Below, piece after piece: positions 27,126-39,120 of a DNA stretch of 64,000 nt. Below the pieces are notes generated by a model, which saw nothing but the letters and a program-made list of their open reading frames with translations, ran no database searches and was not told the DNA's origin. A program made the translations under genes and the position numbers. Source of the stretch: an uncultured Desulfarculaceae bacterium (lineage in GTDB: Bacteria; Desulfobacterota; Desulfocorpusculales; Desulfocorpusculum); the NCBI GenBank assembly GCA_964514105.1, contig CAZEPJ010000010.1, positions 12,242 to 76,241 of the forward strand, in the 5' to 3' direction. Within the stretch, counting starts at the first letter, position 1. Each line of letters begins with the position of its first letter.

Positions 27126-28067
27126 ATGAACGAGGTGCACAGGGTCGCGGTCATCGGCGCGGGCATTATGGGACACGGTATGGCGCAGCTTTTTGCCCTG
27201 CGAGGCCTGGAGGTGAGCCTGGTGGACCGCTCCCGGGCGCTCCTGGAGCGTGCCCAGGGGTGGATCCGGGAGAATCTGGACCACATGGTGGAGCTCGGAG
27301 AGCTGCGGGTCGGGTCGGTCGAGGCGGCCCTGGAGAGAATCCATCTTCATACCGAGCTCTCCGCGGTCTCCGGGGCCCAGTTCGTCGTCGAGGCGGTGAA
27401 CGAGGAGCTGGATCTGAAGAGACGGATATTCGGGGAGTTGGGGTCCGTGACGACCTCCGACACCACCCTGGCCACGAACACATCTTCCTTCGACATCAAC
27501 GAGCTCGCCCGGGCGGCCGCCCATCCCCAACGGGTCATCGGGACCCACTGGTTTCACCCCTCGCCCATCACCCCGTGCGTGGAGGTGATCCCGGCCGATA
27601 CCACCCACCCCGATACGGTCCGGCGGACCGTGGCCCTGATGGAACGGATCGGCAAGTATCCCACCCTGTGCAAGAGCGCGCCGGGATTCGTGGCCAACCG
27701 CATCCAGTTCGCCATGGTGGCCGAGGCCCTGGCCATCGTGGAGGAGGGCCTGGCCAAGCCCGAGGAGGTGGACCGCATCGTGAGATCCTCCTTCGGTTTC
27801 AGGCTGGGGGCGTACGGCCCCTTTGAGATCTGCGACCAGGCGGGCCTGGACACGTACGGGGCTGTGTTCCGGTATCTGCACGAGAAGCTGGGGCGGCCCC
27901 AGTTCAACCCGCCCCCCCTCCTGGACAGGTTGGCGTCTCAAGGGAGGCTCGGGCTCAAGGCCAAGAAGGGGTTCTACGACTACGGCGGGGACGCGGAGCA
28001 ATCGGTGAAACGGCAGCGGGATCGGCGGCTGTACGCCCGGCTCCGGCTGTTCCAAGGCGAGAAATAG
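27126..28067 (+). CDS. 3-hydroxyacyl-CoA dehydrogenase family protein
   Basis: VIGAGIMGHG, EAVNE..LK, TNTSS, GTHWFHP, GFVANR, GPFE..D. Confidence 0.9.
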   Translation: MNEVHRVAVIGAGIMGHGMAQLFALRGLEVSLVDRSRALLERAQGWIRENLDHMVELGELRVGSVEAALERIHLHTELSAVSGAQFVVEAVNEELDLKRRIFGELGSVTTSDTTLATNTSSFDINELARAAAHPQRVIGTHWFHPSPITPCVEVIPADTTHPDTVRRTVALMERIGKYPTLCKSAPGFVANRIQFAMVAEALAIVEEGLAKPEEVDRIVRSSFGFRLGAYGPFEICDQAGLDTYGAVFRYLHEKLGRPQFNPPPLLDRLASQGRLGLKAKKGFYDYGGDAEQSVKRQRDRRLYARLRLFQGEK

Positions 28068-28169
28068 GCAGGGCCTCCGGCGGGGGGACGGGGTGCCCCC
28101 GGCAGCGGGATGGGACGGCGGGAAACCGGCCCCTGAACCCCCATGACGGCCCGGGAGGGCGAGTCCCAT

Positions 28170-29855
<1,686 letters not shown>

Positions 29856-30099
29856 AGCCCGGCGCTTGGGAAGGATCCCCGCCCGAACGCCGCCACAGGG
29901 GTGATCGGGCAGGGACACGGGGCCTCCCCCCCCCCGGAGCGCGCCATTGCCGACCCCTTCACAAATCTATTGACATCGGATCCCCCTTGGTTTATTCAAG
30001 GCGTCTGCCGAATCAAGTGCGGCCGCATGGTTGGCATGGGGGCGTCCCGGTCGAGGTGTTGCGCCGGGCGCGGGGGGTGACGGTGGTGTGAGGTCGACC

Positions 30100-30855
30100 A
30101 TGGCTGAGGACTTCATCATCGAGACCCGCGATCTGTCCAAGGACTTCAAGGGGTTCTCCGCGGTGGTCAAGGTGAACCTCCGGCTCCGGCCGGGCACCAT
30201 CCACGCACTCATCGGCCCCAACGGGGCCGGCAAGACCACATGTTTCAACCTCATTACCAAGTTCCTCACCCCGACCCAGGGGCACATCTTCTTCAAGGGG
30301 CGCGAGATCACCCGGCTGAAGCCCGCGGAGATCGCCCGGCTGGGCGTCATCCGCTCCTTCCAGATCTCGGCCGTGTTCCTCCACATGACCGTGCTGGAGA
30401 ACGTGCGGGTGGCCCTGCAGAGAAAACTGGGCAACGCGTACCACTTCTGGCTCCCGGAGAAGGCCCTCCACGGGCTGCACGATCGTGCCATGGAGCTGCT
30501 GGCGGCCGTGGGGTTGGCGCAATATGCGCAGGTGCCGGCCGTGGAACTTCCGTACGGGCGAAAGCGGGCCCTGGAGCTGGCCACCACCCTGGCCCTGGAA
30601 CCCGAGGTACTGCTCCTGGACGAGCCCATGTCCGGCATGGCCCGGGAGGACATCGGACGCATTGCGGCGCTGATCAAGACGGTGGCTGCCAACCGCACCG
30701 TGCTCATGGTGGAGCACAACCTGTCCGTGGTGGCCGACCTGTCCGATCGCATCACGGTGCTGCACAACGGCATGATCCTGGCCGAGGGGACGTACGGGGA
30801 GGTGTCCGACAACCCCGAGGTGATCCAGGCGTACATGGGGGCGGGCCATGCCTGA
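30100..30855 (+). CDS. ABC ATP-binding protein (LivG-like)
   Basis: GPNGAGKTTCFN, RSFQIS, LPYGRKR, LLLDEP, QAYMG. Confidence 0.92.
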   Translation: MAEDFIIETRDLSKDFKGFSAVVKVNLRLRPGTIHALIGPNGAGKTTCFNLITKFLTPTQGHIFFKGREITRLKPAEIARLGVIRSFQISAVFLHMTVLENVRVALQRKLGNAYHFWLPEKALHGLHDRAMELLAAVGLAQYAQVPAVELPYGRKRALELATTLALEPEVLLLDEPMSGMAREDIGRIAALIKTVAANRTVLMVEHNLSVVADLSDRITVLHNGMILAEGTYGEVSDNPEVIQAYMGAGHA

Positions 30856-31564
30856 CTCCAGCGCCCCGGTCCAGCTCCTGGTGAGCGAACTGCACGCCTT
30901 CTACGGGGAGTCCCATATCCTGCACGGCGTTGGTTTCACGGTGCCCCGGGGGGAGGTGGTGACGCTCCTGGGTCGCAACGGGGCCGGCAAGACCACCACC
31001 ATGAAGGCCGTCATGGGCATGGTGCCAAGGCGCACGGGCAGGATCGTGTTCGAGGGGCACGACATCATCCACCTGTCCAGCAACCGCATCGCCCGGCTGG
31101 GCCTGGCCTTCTGCCCGGAGGAGCGCGGCATCTTCAGCAGCCTGTCGGTCACCGAGAATCTCGTGCTGCCGCCCGTGGTCCGGCCGGGGGGCATGGCCCT
31201 GGAGGAGATCTACCAGCTGTTTCCCCGCCTCAGAGAGCGGGGGGCCAGCCAGGGGACCAAGCTGTCGGGGGGGGAATCCCAGATGCTGGCCATCGCCCGC
31301 ATCCTGCGCACGGGCGCCTCCCTGCTCCTGCTGGACGAGCCCACCGAGGGCCTCGCGCCGCTGATCGTGCAGCAGATCGGCGAGATCATCCGGGGTCTCA
31401 AGGGACGGGGGTACACCATCCTGTTGGTGGAGCAGAACTTCCGCTTCGCCGCCACCGTGGCGGACCGGCACTTCGTGGTGGAAAACGGGGTGGTGGTGGA
31501 CATGGTGCCCAACGCGGATGTGAGCGCCCGAACCGAGGATCTCAGACGTTACCTGGGCGTGTGA
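30848..31564 (+). CDS. ABC ATP-binding protein (LivF-like)
   Basis: GRNGAGKTT, CPEERGIF, LSGGESQM, LLDEPTEGLAP, VEQN. Confidence 0.92.
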   Translation: MPDSSAPVQLLVSELHAFYGESHILHGVGFTVPRGEVVTLLGRNGAGKTTTMKAVMGMVPRRTGRIVFEGHDIIHLSSNRIARLGLAFCPEERGIFSSLSVTENLVLPPVVRPGGMALEEIYQLFPRLRERGASQGTKLSGGESQMLAIARILRTGASLLLLDEPTEGLAPLIVQQIGEIIRGLKGRGYTILLVEQNFRFAATVADRHFVVENGVVVDMVPNADVSARTEDLRRYLGV

Positions 31565-31595
31565 ACGCCCGAAACCCGAGGAAAGGAGCAACCCC

Positions 31596-32810
31596 ATGAA
31601 AAGCTTCGGCAGATTGGCGTTGGCGGCCGCGCTGGTGGCGGCCCTGGCATGGGCGGCGCACGCCCAGATCTCGGACGACGTGGTCAAGATCGGCGTGCTC
31701 AACGATCAGTCCGGCCTGTACGCCGACCTGTGCGGCCCCGGATCCGTCGAGGCCGTCAAGATGGCGGTGGAGGACTTCGGCGGAAAGGTGCTGGGCAAAC
31801 CCATCGAGGTGGTCTTCGCGGACCACCAGAACAAGGCGGACATCGGGGCCAACATCGCCAACAAGTGGATCGACGTGGACAAGGTCGACATGATCATCGA
31901 TCTGCCCAACACCGCGGTCTGTCTGGCCGTGCAGAAGATCTGCCAGGACAAGAACCGCATCGACATCATCTCCACGGGGGCCTCGGTCATCCTGACCAAC
32001 GAGAACTGCTCCCCCACGGGCTTCCACTGGACCTATGACAACTACGCCCTGGCCAAGGGCACCGGCCTCGCCCTCGTCAAGGACGGCGGGGACTCCTGGT
32101 TCTTCCTCACCGCGGACTACGCCTTCGGCCACGACCTGGAGAAGAGCACCGCCGCGGCCGTGACCAAGGCGGGCGGCAAGGTCCTGGGGCAGGTCCGCCA
32201 TCCGTTCCCCAACAACGACTTCTCCTCCTTCCTCCTCCAGGCCCAGGCTTCCAAGGCCAAGGTCATCGGCCTGGCCAACGCGGGGGGCGACACGGTCAAC
32301 GCCATCAAGCAGGCGGCGGAGTTCGGCATCACCCAGGCGGGCCAGCGGCTGGCCGGCCTCCTGGTCTTCATCTCCGACGTGCACAGCCTGGGGCTCAAGA
32401 CGGCCCAGGGCCTGGTGGTGACCACCGGCTTCTACTGGGACTTCAACGACGAGACCCGCGCCTGGTCCAAGCGCTGGAGCGCCCGGATGAAGGGGCGCAT
32501 GCCCACCATGAGCCAGGCGGGCTGCTACTCGGGGGCCATGCACTACCTCAAGGCCATCCAGGCCGCCGGCACGGACGAGGCCAAGGCCGTCTCCGCCAAG
32601 ATGCGGGAGATGCCGGTGAACGACTTCTTCGCCAAGAACGGCAAGGTGCGCCAGGACGGCCGAATGGTGCACGACATGTACCTGGCGCAGGTGAAGAAGC
32701 CCGACGAGTCCAAGTACCCCTGGGACTACTACAAGATCCTGCGGGTGATCCCCGGCGACGAGGCGTACAAGCCCCTGGAGGAGACCCTGTGTCCGTACCT
32801 GAAGAAGTAG
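31596..32810 (+). CDS. ABC substrate-binding protein (Liv-type)
   Basis: Signal peptide, QISDDVVKIGVLNDQSG, ADHQNKAD, DYAFGH, DGRMVHDMYL. Confidence 0.92.
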   Translation: MKSFGRLALAAALVAALAWAAHAQISDDVVKIGVLNDQSGLYADLCGPGSVEAVKMAVEDFGGKVLGKPIEVVFADHQNKADIGANIANKWIDVDKVDMIIDLPNTAVCLAVQKICQDKNRIDIISTGASVILTNENCSPTGFHWTYDNYALAKGTGLALVKDGGDSWFFLTADYAFGHDLEKSTAAAVTKAGGKVLGQVRHPFPNNDFSSFLLQAQASKAKVIGLANAGGDTVNAIKQAAEFGITQAGQRLAGLLVFISDVHSLGLKTAQGLVVTTGFYWDFNDETRAWSKRWSARMKGRMPTMSQAGCYSGAMHYLKAIQAAGTDEAKAVSAKMREMPVNDFFAKNGKVRQDGRMVHDMYLAQVKKPDESKYPWDYYKILRVIPGDEAYKPLEETLCPYLKK

Positions 32811-32824
32811 CCGCCGAGCCGGGC

Positions 32825-32851
32825 GGGGGCGGGCTCCATGGCCCCGCCCCC
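32825..32851 (+). terminator. GC hairpin after the substrate-binding protein gene (mRNA stabiliser/attenuator candidate)
   Basis: GGGGGCGGG-N9-CCCGCCCCC; no U-tract. Confidence 0.4.
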
Positions 32852-32883
32852 GCGCCGGCCCGCGCGGGGCAGAAGGCGTCCGG

Positions 32884-33771
32884 ATGTTCGAGCTGATCGG
32901 CATACCGCCGCAGGCCCTCTTCGGGCAACTGCTCCTGGGGCTCATCAACGGCGCGTTTTACGCCGTTCTGAGCCTGGGGCTGGCCCTCATCTTCGGCCTG
33001 CTCAACGTCATCAACTTCACCCACGGGGCCCAGTACATGCTGGGGGCGTACGTGGCCTGGCTGGGGATGACGTATGCGGGGGTGAGCTACTGGTGGTCCC
33101 TGCTGGCCGCCCCATTGGCGGTGGGGGCCTTCGGCATCCTCATGGAGCGGATGTTCCTTCGCTGGCTGTACCATCTGGACCATCTCTACGGCCTGCTGCT
33201 CACCTTCGGCCTGGCCCTGATCATGGAGGGGATCTTCCGCCAGATATACGGGATCTCGGGACAGGCGTACCCCATCCCCGCCCAGCTCACCGGGGCCCGG
33301 AATCTGGGGTTCATGTTCCTGCCCAACTACCGCGGCTGGGTGGTGGTCGCCTCGCTCATCGTCTGCCTGGCCACCTGGCTGATCATCGAGAAGACCAAGC
33401 TGGGGGCGTATCTGCGGGCCGGCACCGAGAACCCCGCCCTGGTGCAGGCCTTCGGCATCAATGTGCCGCGCATGATCACCCTGACCTACGGCTTCGGTGT
33501 GGCCCTGGCCGCCCTAGCGGGGGTCCTGGCGGCGCCCATTTATCAGGTCAAGCCCACCATGGGCGCGGACATGATCATCGTGGTGTTCGCGGTGGTGGTG
33601 GTGGGGGGCATGGGATCCATCCTGGGCTCCGTGGTGACCGGGTTCGTTCTCGGGCTGCTGGAGGGGCTCACCAAGGTCTTCTACCCGGAGGCCAGCAACA
33701 CCGTCGTATTCGTGGTGATGGCCATCGTGCTCCTGGTCAAGCCGGCCGGCCTTTTCGGAAAGGCGAACTGA
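32884..33771 (+). CDS. ABC permease (LivH-like)
   Basis: GLINGAFYAVLSLGLALIFGLLNVINFTHGA, GAYLRA, VGGMGSI. Confidence 0.92.
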   Translation: MFELIGIPPQALFGQLLLGLINGAFYAVLSLGLALIFGLLNVINFTHGAQYMLGAYVAWLGMTYAGVSYWWSLLAAPLAVGAFGILMERMFLRWLYHLDHLYGLLLTFGLALIMEGIFRQIYGISGQAYPIPAQLTGARNLGFMFLPNYRGWVVVASLIVCLATWLIIEKTKLGAYLRAGTENPALVQAFGINVPRMITLTYGFGVALAALAGVLAAPIYQVKPTMGADMIIVVFAVVVVGGMGSILGSVVTGFVLGLLEGLTKVFYPEASNTVVFVVMAIVLLVKPAGLFGKAN

Positions 33772-33777
33772 GTACCC

Positions 33778-34737
33778 GTGCGCATCCAACGGATTTCCAT
33801 CCTTCTGCTCCTGGCCCTGGCCCTGGCGGCCCCTTTCGTGGTCTATCCGGTTTTCCTCATGAAGGCCCTGTGCTTCGCCCTGTTCGCCTCGGCCTTCAAC
33901 CTGCTGCTGGGCTACGTGGGTCTGCTGTCGTTCGGCCACGCGGCGTACTTCGGGTTCGCCGCGTATATCTGCGGCCACGCGGTCAAGATATGGGGCTTCC
34001 CGCCCGAGGCCGGACTCCTGGCGGGCACGGCCGTGGCCGGTCTGCTGGGCCTGGTCTTCGGATGGCTGGCCATCCGGCGGCAGGGGATCTACTTTGCCAT
34101 GATCACCCTGGCCCTGGCCCAGATGATCTACTTCCTGTGCGTGCAGGCCCCCTTTACCCACGGAGAGGATGGGATCCAGGCAATCCCCCGGGGACGGCTC
34201 CTGGGGGTCGTGGACCTCACCGACAACCTATCCATGTATTATCTCGTCCTCGCGGTGTTCATCCTGGGGCTGCTGATCGTCCGCCGCGCCGTGAGCTCCC
34301 CCTTCGGGCAGGTGCTCAAGGCCATCCGGGAGAACGACGCCCGCGCCACCAGCCTGGGATACGATGTGGACCGCTTCAAGCTCATGGCCTTCGTGCTGTC
34401 GGCATCGCTCTCCGGCCTGGCCGGGGCCCTCAAGTCCCTGGTGTTCCAGCTCGCCTCGCTCACGGACGTGCACTGGCACGCATCCGGGGAAGTGGTCCTC
34501 ATGACGCTCCTGGGCGGGGTGGGCACGGTGCTGGGGCCGTCGGTGGGGGCCTTCCTGGTGGTCACCATCCAGAACTACCTGGCCGAGGTGGGGGCGTGGG
34601 TGACCATCATCCAGGGTGGCATCTTCGTGGTGTGCGTCCTCACCTTTCGACGGGGCATCGTGGGGGAAGTCAAGCTCTGGTGGCAGCGCCGCAGCGGGGC
34701 GATGCCCCCACCCGCCTCGGGAGGCCCGGCCCACTGA
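33778..34737 (+). CDS. ABC permease (LivM-like)
   Basis: GYVGLLSFGHAAYFG, RRQGIYFAMITLA, AIREND, LLGG.GT..GP; GTG start. Confidence 0.92.
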   Translation: MRIQRISILLLLALALAAPFVVYPVFLMKALCFALFASAFNLLLGYVGLLSFGHAAYFGFAAYICGHAVKIWGFPPEAGLLAGTAVAGLLGLVFGWLAIRRQGIYFAMITLALAQMIYFLCVQAPFTHGEDGIQAIPRGRLLGVVDLTDNLSMYYLVLAVFILGLLIVRRAVSSPFGQVLKAIRENDARATSLGYDVDRFKLMAFVLSASLSGLAGALKSLVFQLASLTDVHWHASGEVVLMTLLGGVGTVLGPSVGAFLVVTIQNYLAEVGAWVTIIQGGIFVVCVLTFRRGIVGEVKLWWQRRSGAMPPPASGGPAH

Positions 34738-34868
34738 CCCCCCCCAACCCATCCGGGATCAGCGCCACCGCCCTTGCCGCTGACCTGTCTCCCGCCTCAG
34801 CGGTTGAAATCCGCCCGGGCCGTGCCCCATAATGGAAGGCCGTTTCGTCGTCTTGCAGGTGCGAGAGT

Positions 34869-35429
34869 ATGAGAGGCCACACCCACGCCATCCTGGGGCT
34901 CGCCGGGGCTTTGGCCCTCGACGGGGTCATGCCGTTTCTGCCCTCTGCCTTCGTGCCCCTGGCAGGGGCCCTCTCCAGCGCGGTGGTGGGCGGATTGGCC
35001 CCGGACATCGACTCGGACGAGAGCAAGGCACGGCGCATGACCGGGACCAATCGCCGAAGTGGCCTCCTGGGCCGACTGGCCTCCCTGGTTCTCCCCAGAC
35101 ACCGGGGCATCACCCACGAGCCCGTGGCGTTGATTCTCCTGGCGGCCCTGGCGGCCTGGCTGCGGCACCCCGCCGTGTCGGCCTTTGCCGTGGGGTACGC
35201 CACCCATCTGGCGGCCGATGCCCTCACCGTGGGGGGGATTCCATGTTTCGGCCGCCGGCTTCACCTGCTGCCCAGGTGGTCCCGCATCACCACCGGGTCG
35301 GCCGCGGAACACCTGCTGGCGGCATCGGTCTGCGTGTGGCTGGGGGCGGAGGGCATGAAGGGGTGGGGGATGGATGGACGCACCCTGTCCATTGTGTGGC
35401 GCGACATCCTTGGGCTGGCGGGGTTTTGA
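34869..35429 (+). CDS. Membrane-bound metal-dependent hydrolase (YdjM-like)
   Basis: MRGHTH, APDID, HRGITH, HLAADALT plus hydrophobic helices. Confidence 0.85.
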   Translation: MRGHTHAILGLAGALALDGVMPFLPSAFVPLAGALSSAVVGGLAPDIDSDESKARRMTGTNRRSGLLGRLASLVLPRHRGITHEPVALILLAALAAWLRHPAVSAFAVGYATHLAADALTVGGIPCFGRRLHLLPRWSRITTGSAAEHLLAASVCVWLGAEGMKGWGMDGRTLSIVWRDILGLAGF

Positions 35430-36337
35430 TGGTTGACGGGGGGCCGACAGGGATGCGGGAGCCCGGCAAGGGCGGGCCGTCCTATGAGCGGACGTTCCGC
35501 ATCCGGTGCTACGAGTGCGACGCATACGGCCACGTCAACAATGCCAACTACCTCCGCTACATGCATGAAGCGGCCATCGAGGCGTCGGGGGCCTCGGGCC
35601 ATCCGTGCGTGTCCGAAGCCGCCCAGGCCTGCGGGTGGGGGGTGCAGGAGGCCGATATCGAGTTCCTGCGGCCGCTGCATTACGGAGACGCCGCATGGGT
35701 GGGGGTGTGGACCGAGGCCGCGGGCGAGGGACGGACCCGATGGGACTACGAGTTTCGCCGGACGGGGCCGGGGGAACTGGTGGCCCGGGCGCGGGCAGTG
35801 TCGGGGGCGGCGTCGGGGACGGCGTGCGACCTCCTGGCGGGGCCGGGAGATCCGGACAGGCAGCCCCAGGCACGAGGCGGAGGGCTTCTCCTGCCCGCCC
35901 CCCCCCCGCCCGAGGGCGTCTTCCGCATGGGGCGCAAGGTCCTCTGGCAGGATCTGGACGCCACCCAACGGTTGAACCCGGCCATGTACCTGGTCTTCGC
36001 CACGGACAGCGGCATGGCGGTGTGCGAGGCCCACGGGTGGCCGCTTTCCCGCATGGAGGCCCAACGCTTCGGGGTCATGGCGCGGCGCCACACCATGGTG
36101 TTTCTCAGGGACGCACGACTGGGCGACGAACTGGAGGTGTCCACCTGGGCGTACGGGGTGAGGCGCTCCATGGCCATGCGGGCGTATGCGGTGCGCCGGG
36201 CCATGGACGGCGCCCTGCTGGCGCGGGTCCACTCCCTCTATGTCTGGGTCAGCAAGGAGACGGGCCACCCCATTCGCATTCCGGAGGCCTTCCTGGTAGA
36301 CTTCGCACCCAATTTCGTGGCGGACGGGACGCCGTGA
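35429..36337 (+). CDS. Acyl-CoA thioesterase with two hot-dog domains
   Basis: ECDAYGHVNNANYLRY in domain 1; second domain QDLDATQRLNPAMYL; TGATG coupling to the upstream gene (alternative start 35453). Confidence 0.8.
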   Translation: MVDGGPTGMREPGKGGPSYERTFRIRCYECDAYGHVNNANYLRYMHEAAIEASGASGHPCVSEAAQACGWGVQEADIEFLRPLHYGDAAWVGVWTEAAGEGRTRWDYEFRRTGPGELVARARAVSGAASGTACDLLAGPGDPDRQPQARGGGLLLPAPPPPEGVFRMGRKVLWQDLDATQRLNPAMYLVFATDSGMAVCEAHGWPLSRMEAQRFGVMARRHTMVFLRDARLGDELEVSTWAYGVRRSMAMRAYAVRRAMDGALLARVHSLYVWVSKETGHPIRIPEAFLVDFAPNFVADGTP

Positions 36338-36429
36338 GGGTCCGGCCGATGACCGGACCTTCCGTGATCCTTCCGCCCATGGGCCGAAGGCACACGGACA
36401 TTCTCTTGGACAGTGGGAGAGGTTGAGCC

Positions 36430-37875
36430 ATGAGCCAGCAGGACATCTGTTTCATGACGGCCACGGAGATGGCCAGGCGCATTCGGGAAAAGGATCTCTC
36501 GGCCCGGGAGGTCATGGAGGCCCACCTGGCCCAGATCGAGCGGGTCAATCCCACGGTCAACGCCATCGTCACCCTCGTGCCCGAGCGGGCCATGGACGGG
36601 GCCCGGGCGGCGGACGAGGCCCAGGCGCGGGGCCGGGAGCTCGGGCCGCTTCACGGCCTGCCCGTGGCCCACAAGGACTTGGTTCCCACAAAGGGGATCC
36701 GGACGACGTGGGGATCGCCCATCTTCCAGGAGTTCGTCCCCGACGAGGACGCCCTCATCGTGGAGCGCCTGCGACAGGCGGGCGCCATCGCCGTCGGCAA
36801 GACCAATGTGCCGGAGTTCGGCGCCGGCTCCCAGACCTTCAACCCGGTCTTCGGTGCCACCGTGAACCCGTACGACCTGGGCAAGACCTGCGGCGGGAGC
36901 AGCGGCGGGGCCGCGGTGGCCCTGGCCTGCGGGATGGTCCCCATTGCCGACGGGAGCGACATGGGGGGATCGCTCCGCAATCCGGCCAACTTCTGCAACG
37001 TGGTGGGATTCAGGGTGTCCCCCGGCCGGGTGCCTTCGTGGCCCAAGCACGGCGCCTGGTCCACCCTCTCGGTGGAGGGGCCCATGGGGCGCACCGTGCA
37101 AGATGTGGCCCTGATGCTGAGCGCCATGGCCGGTCCGGACCCGCGCTCCCCCATCGCCATCGTGGAGTCGGGCAGCATGTTCGCCCGTCCGCTGGCCCGG
37201 GACTTCAGGGGAGTCCGGGTGGCCTGGAGCCGGGATCTGGGCGAGTTTCCCGTGGACCCGCGCGTCACGGCGGTCCTGGAGGGACAGCGGGGCGTCTTCG
37301 AGTCCCTGGGCTGCGTCTTGGCCGAGAGGCAGCCCGACTTCCGGGATGCGGACGAGTGCTTCAAGGTCTTGCGCGCCTCGTACTTCGAGCTGAGGTTTCG
37401 GGAGATCTTCCCGGCTCACCGGGCCCGGATGAAGGACACGGTCATCTGGAACATCGAGGCCGGCGAGCGACTCACCGGGCCCCAGATCGGAGAGGTGGAG
37501 CTCAAGCGCACGGAGCTGTACCACCGGATGCGGGTCTTCATGGAGCGCCACGAGTTCCTCCTGCTTCCCGTCAGTCAGGTTCCCCCATTCGACGTGCGCC
37601 AGCCGTACATCGAGGAGATCAACGGGGTTCCGATGGGGACCTACATCGACTGGATGAAGTCCTGCTACTACATCACGGCCACCGGCCACCCGGCCATCTC
37701 GGTCCCCTGCGGCTTTACCGACGACGGCCTGCCTGTGGGGATCCAGATCGTGGGGCGACACCAGGACGACTGGGGGGTCCTGCAGTTGGCCTACGCGTTT
37801 CAGGAGGCCACGGGGGTCTGGAAGCGCCGGCCGGCGGTGGCCGGCTGCCGGGCGAAGGGCACAGGAACGTCGTGA
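36430..37875 (+). CDS. Amidase (amidase-signature family)
   Basis: LHGLPVAHKD, GKTNVPEFG, GGSSGGA, GSDMGGSLRNPA (Ser-cisSer-Lys). Confidence 0.93.
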   Translation: MSQQDICFMTATEMARRIREKDLSAREVMEAHLAQIERVNPTVNAIVTLVPERAMDGARAADEAQARGRELGPLHGLPVAHKDLVPTKGIRTTWGSPIFQEFVPDEDALIVERLRQAGAIAVGKTNVPEFGAGSQTFNPVFGATVNPYDLGKTCGGSSGGAAVALACGMVPIADGSDMGGSLRNPANFCNVVGFRVSPGRVPSWPKHGAWSTLSVEGPMGRTVQDVALMLSAMAGPDPRSPIAIVESGSMFARPLARDFRGVRVAWSRDLGEFPVDPRVTAVLEGQRGVFESLGCVLAERQPDFRDADECFKVLRASYFELRFREIFPAHRARMKDTVIWNIEAGERLTGPQIGEVELKRTELYHRMRVFMERHEFLLLPVSQVPPFDVRQPYIEEINGVPMGTYIDWMKSCYYITATGHPAISVPCGFTDDGLPVGIQIVGRHQDDWGVLQLAYAFQEATGVWKRRPAVAGCRAKGTGTS

Positions 37876-37914
37876 GCCAAGGGAACGAGAGTCGGGGGCG
37901 AGGGGAGGCATGCC

Positions 37915-39120
37915 ATGACGTGGGGATTCGCGGACAGGCCGTCGAGGTTCGCCGCGGGCAAGATGGGGCGCATCCGGCAGTCGGGCATCCGGCGGGTGGC
38001 GGAGAAGGCCTGGAAGCTCGAGGCAGAGGGGCATGAGGTCATCCATCTGGAGGTCGGGCGCGTGGATTTCGACACACCCCAACCGGTGAAGGAGGCCGCC
38101 ATGCGCGCCATGCGGGAGGGGCAGGTCCACTACACGCCCAGCCCCGGGCTGCCGGCCCTCCGGGAGGCGGTGGCGGCAGACCTCAAGCGGCGCCTGGGCA
38201 TGGAGGTGGATCCGGCCAGGGAGGTCCTCATCACCGTGGGGAGCAGCACGGCCATCATGATCAGCCTCATGACGGTCCTGGGCCCCGGAGACGAGATCCT
38301 GGTCCCCGAGCCCATGTACCTCTTCTATGTGGACTGGGGGGAGTTCTTCGGCGCCCGCACCGTGTCCGTCCCCCTGCGTCCGGAGGATGGATATCAGATC
38401 TCCCGGGAGGCCCTGGAGCGATGCGCCACGTCGCGGACCAAGGTCGTGGTTATCAATACGCCTCACAACCCCACGGGGGCGGTCCTGGACCGCGCCAGCC
38501 TGGAGGCCGTGGCCGCCTTTGCCCGGGAGCGGGACCTGCTCGTGCTCTCCGACGAGGCGTACGACCGGCTGGTGTACCCCCCCTGGGGGCACACGAGCAT
38601 CACCACCTTCCCCGGCATGAAGGAGCGCACGGTCCTGACCAATTCCTTCTCCAAGAGCTTCGCCATGGACGGTTGGCGACTGGGCTATGTGGTGGGGCCG
38701 GCCGATCTCATCTGGGAGATCGACAAGGCCCAGCAGCATACGGTCATCACCGCCACCAACTTCGTCCAATGGGGCGGAGTGGCCGCCCTCCAGGGAGGGG
38801 ATGCGCTGGTGCAGCCCATGGTGGAGGAATACGCGGGGCGGCGGCAGCTCGTGTTGGACCTTCTGGCCTCTGCCCCGTTTCTTCAGGCCTTCGAGCCCCA
38901 GGGCGCCTTCTACTTCTGGATCAGGACCCCGCCCATGGGCGGCGGGGACGGTTGGGAACTGGCCGACGTCCTTCTGGAGCGCGCCCGGGTGGCCGTGACC
39001 CCCGGGGAGGTCTTCGGTCCCTCGGGCCGGGGCCACATCCGGGTCTCGTACTCCAACAGCCGAGAGAAGATCCGTATCGGCATGGAGAGGCTCATCGAGG
39101 TGATCGGGGAGTTGCGATGA
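37915..39120 (+). CDS. PLP-dependent aminotransferase class I/II
   Basis: HYTPSPGLPALR, NTPHNPTG, SDEAY, NSFSKSFAMDGWRLG. Confidence 0.92.
   Translation: MTWGFADRPSRFAAGKMGRIRQSGIRRVAEKAWKLEAEGHEVIHLEVGRVDFDTPQPVKEAAMRAMREGQVHYTPSPGLPALREAVAADLKRRLGMEVDPAREVLITVGSSTAIMISLMTVLGPGDEILVPEPMYLFYVDWGEFFGARTVSVPLRPEDGYQISREALERCATSRTKVVVINTPHNPTGAVLDRASLEAVAAFARERDLLVLSDEAYDRLVYPPWGHTSITTFPGMKERTVLTNSFSKSFAMDGWRLGYVVGPADLIWEIDKAQQHTVITATNFVQWGGVAALQGGDALVQPMVEEYAGRRQLVLDLLASAPFLQAFEPQGAFYFWIRTPPMGGGDGWELADVLLERARVAVTPGEVFGPSGRGHIRVSYSNSREKIRIGMERLIEVIGELR

Noticed and set aside
36238-39036. Very long antisense or off-frame ORFs (e.g. 932 aa here; 1881-4232; 13615-15936; 26934-28892; the 42056-44155 part of the 1141-aa ORF)
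   Set aside because: They shadow well-supported genes, are Gly/Pro/Arg/His/Val-rich as expected from high-GC codon bias, and show no family motifs.
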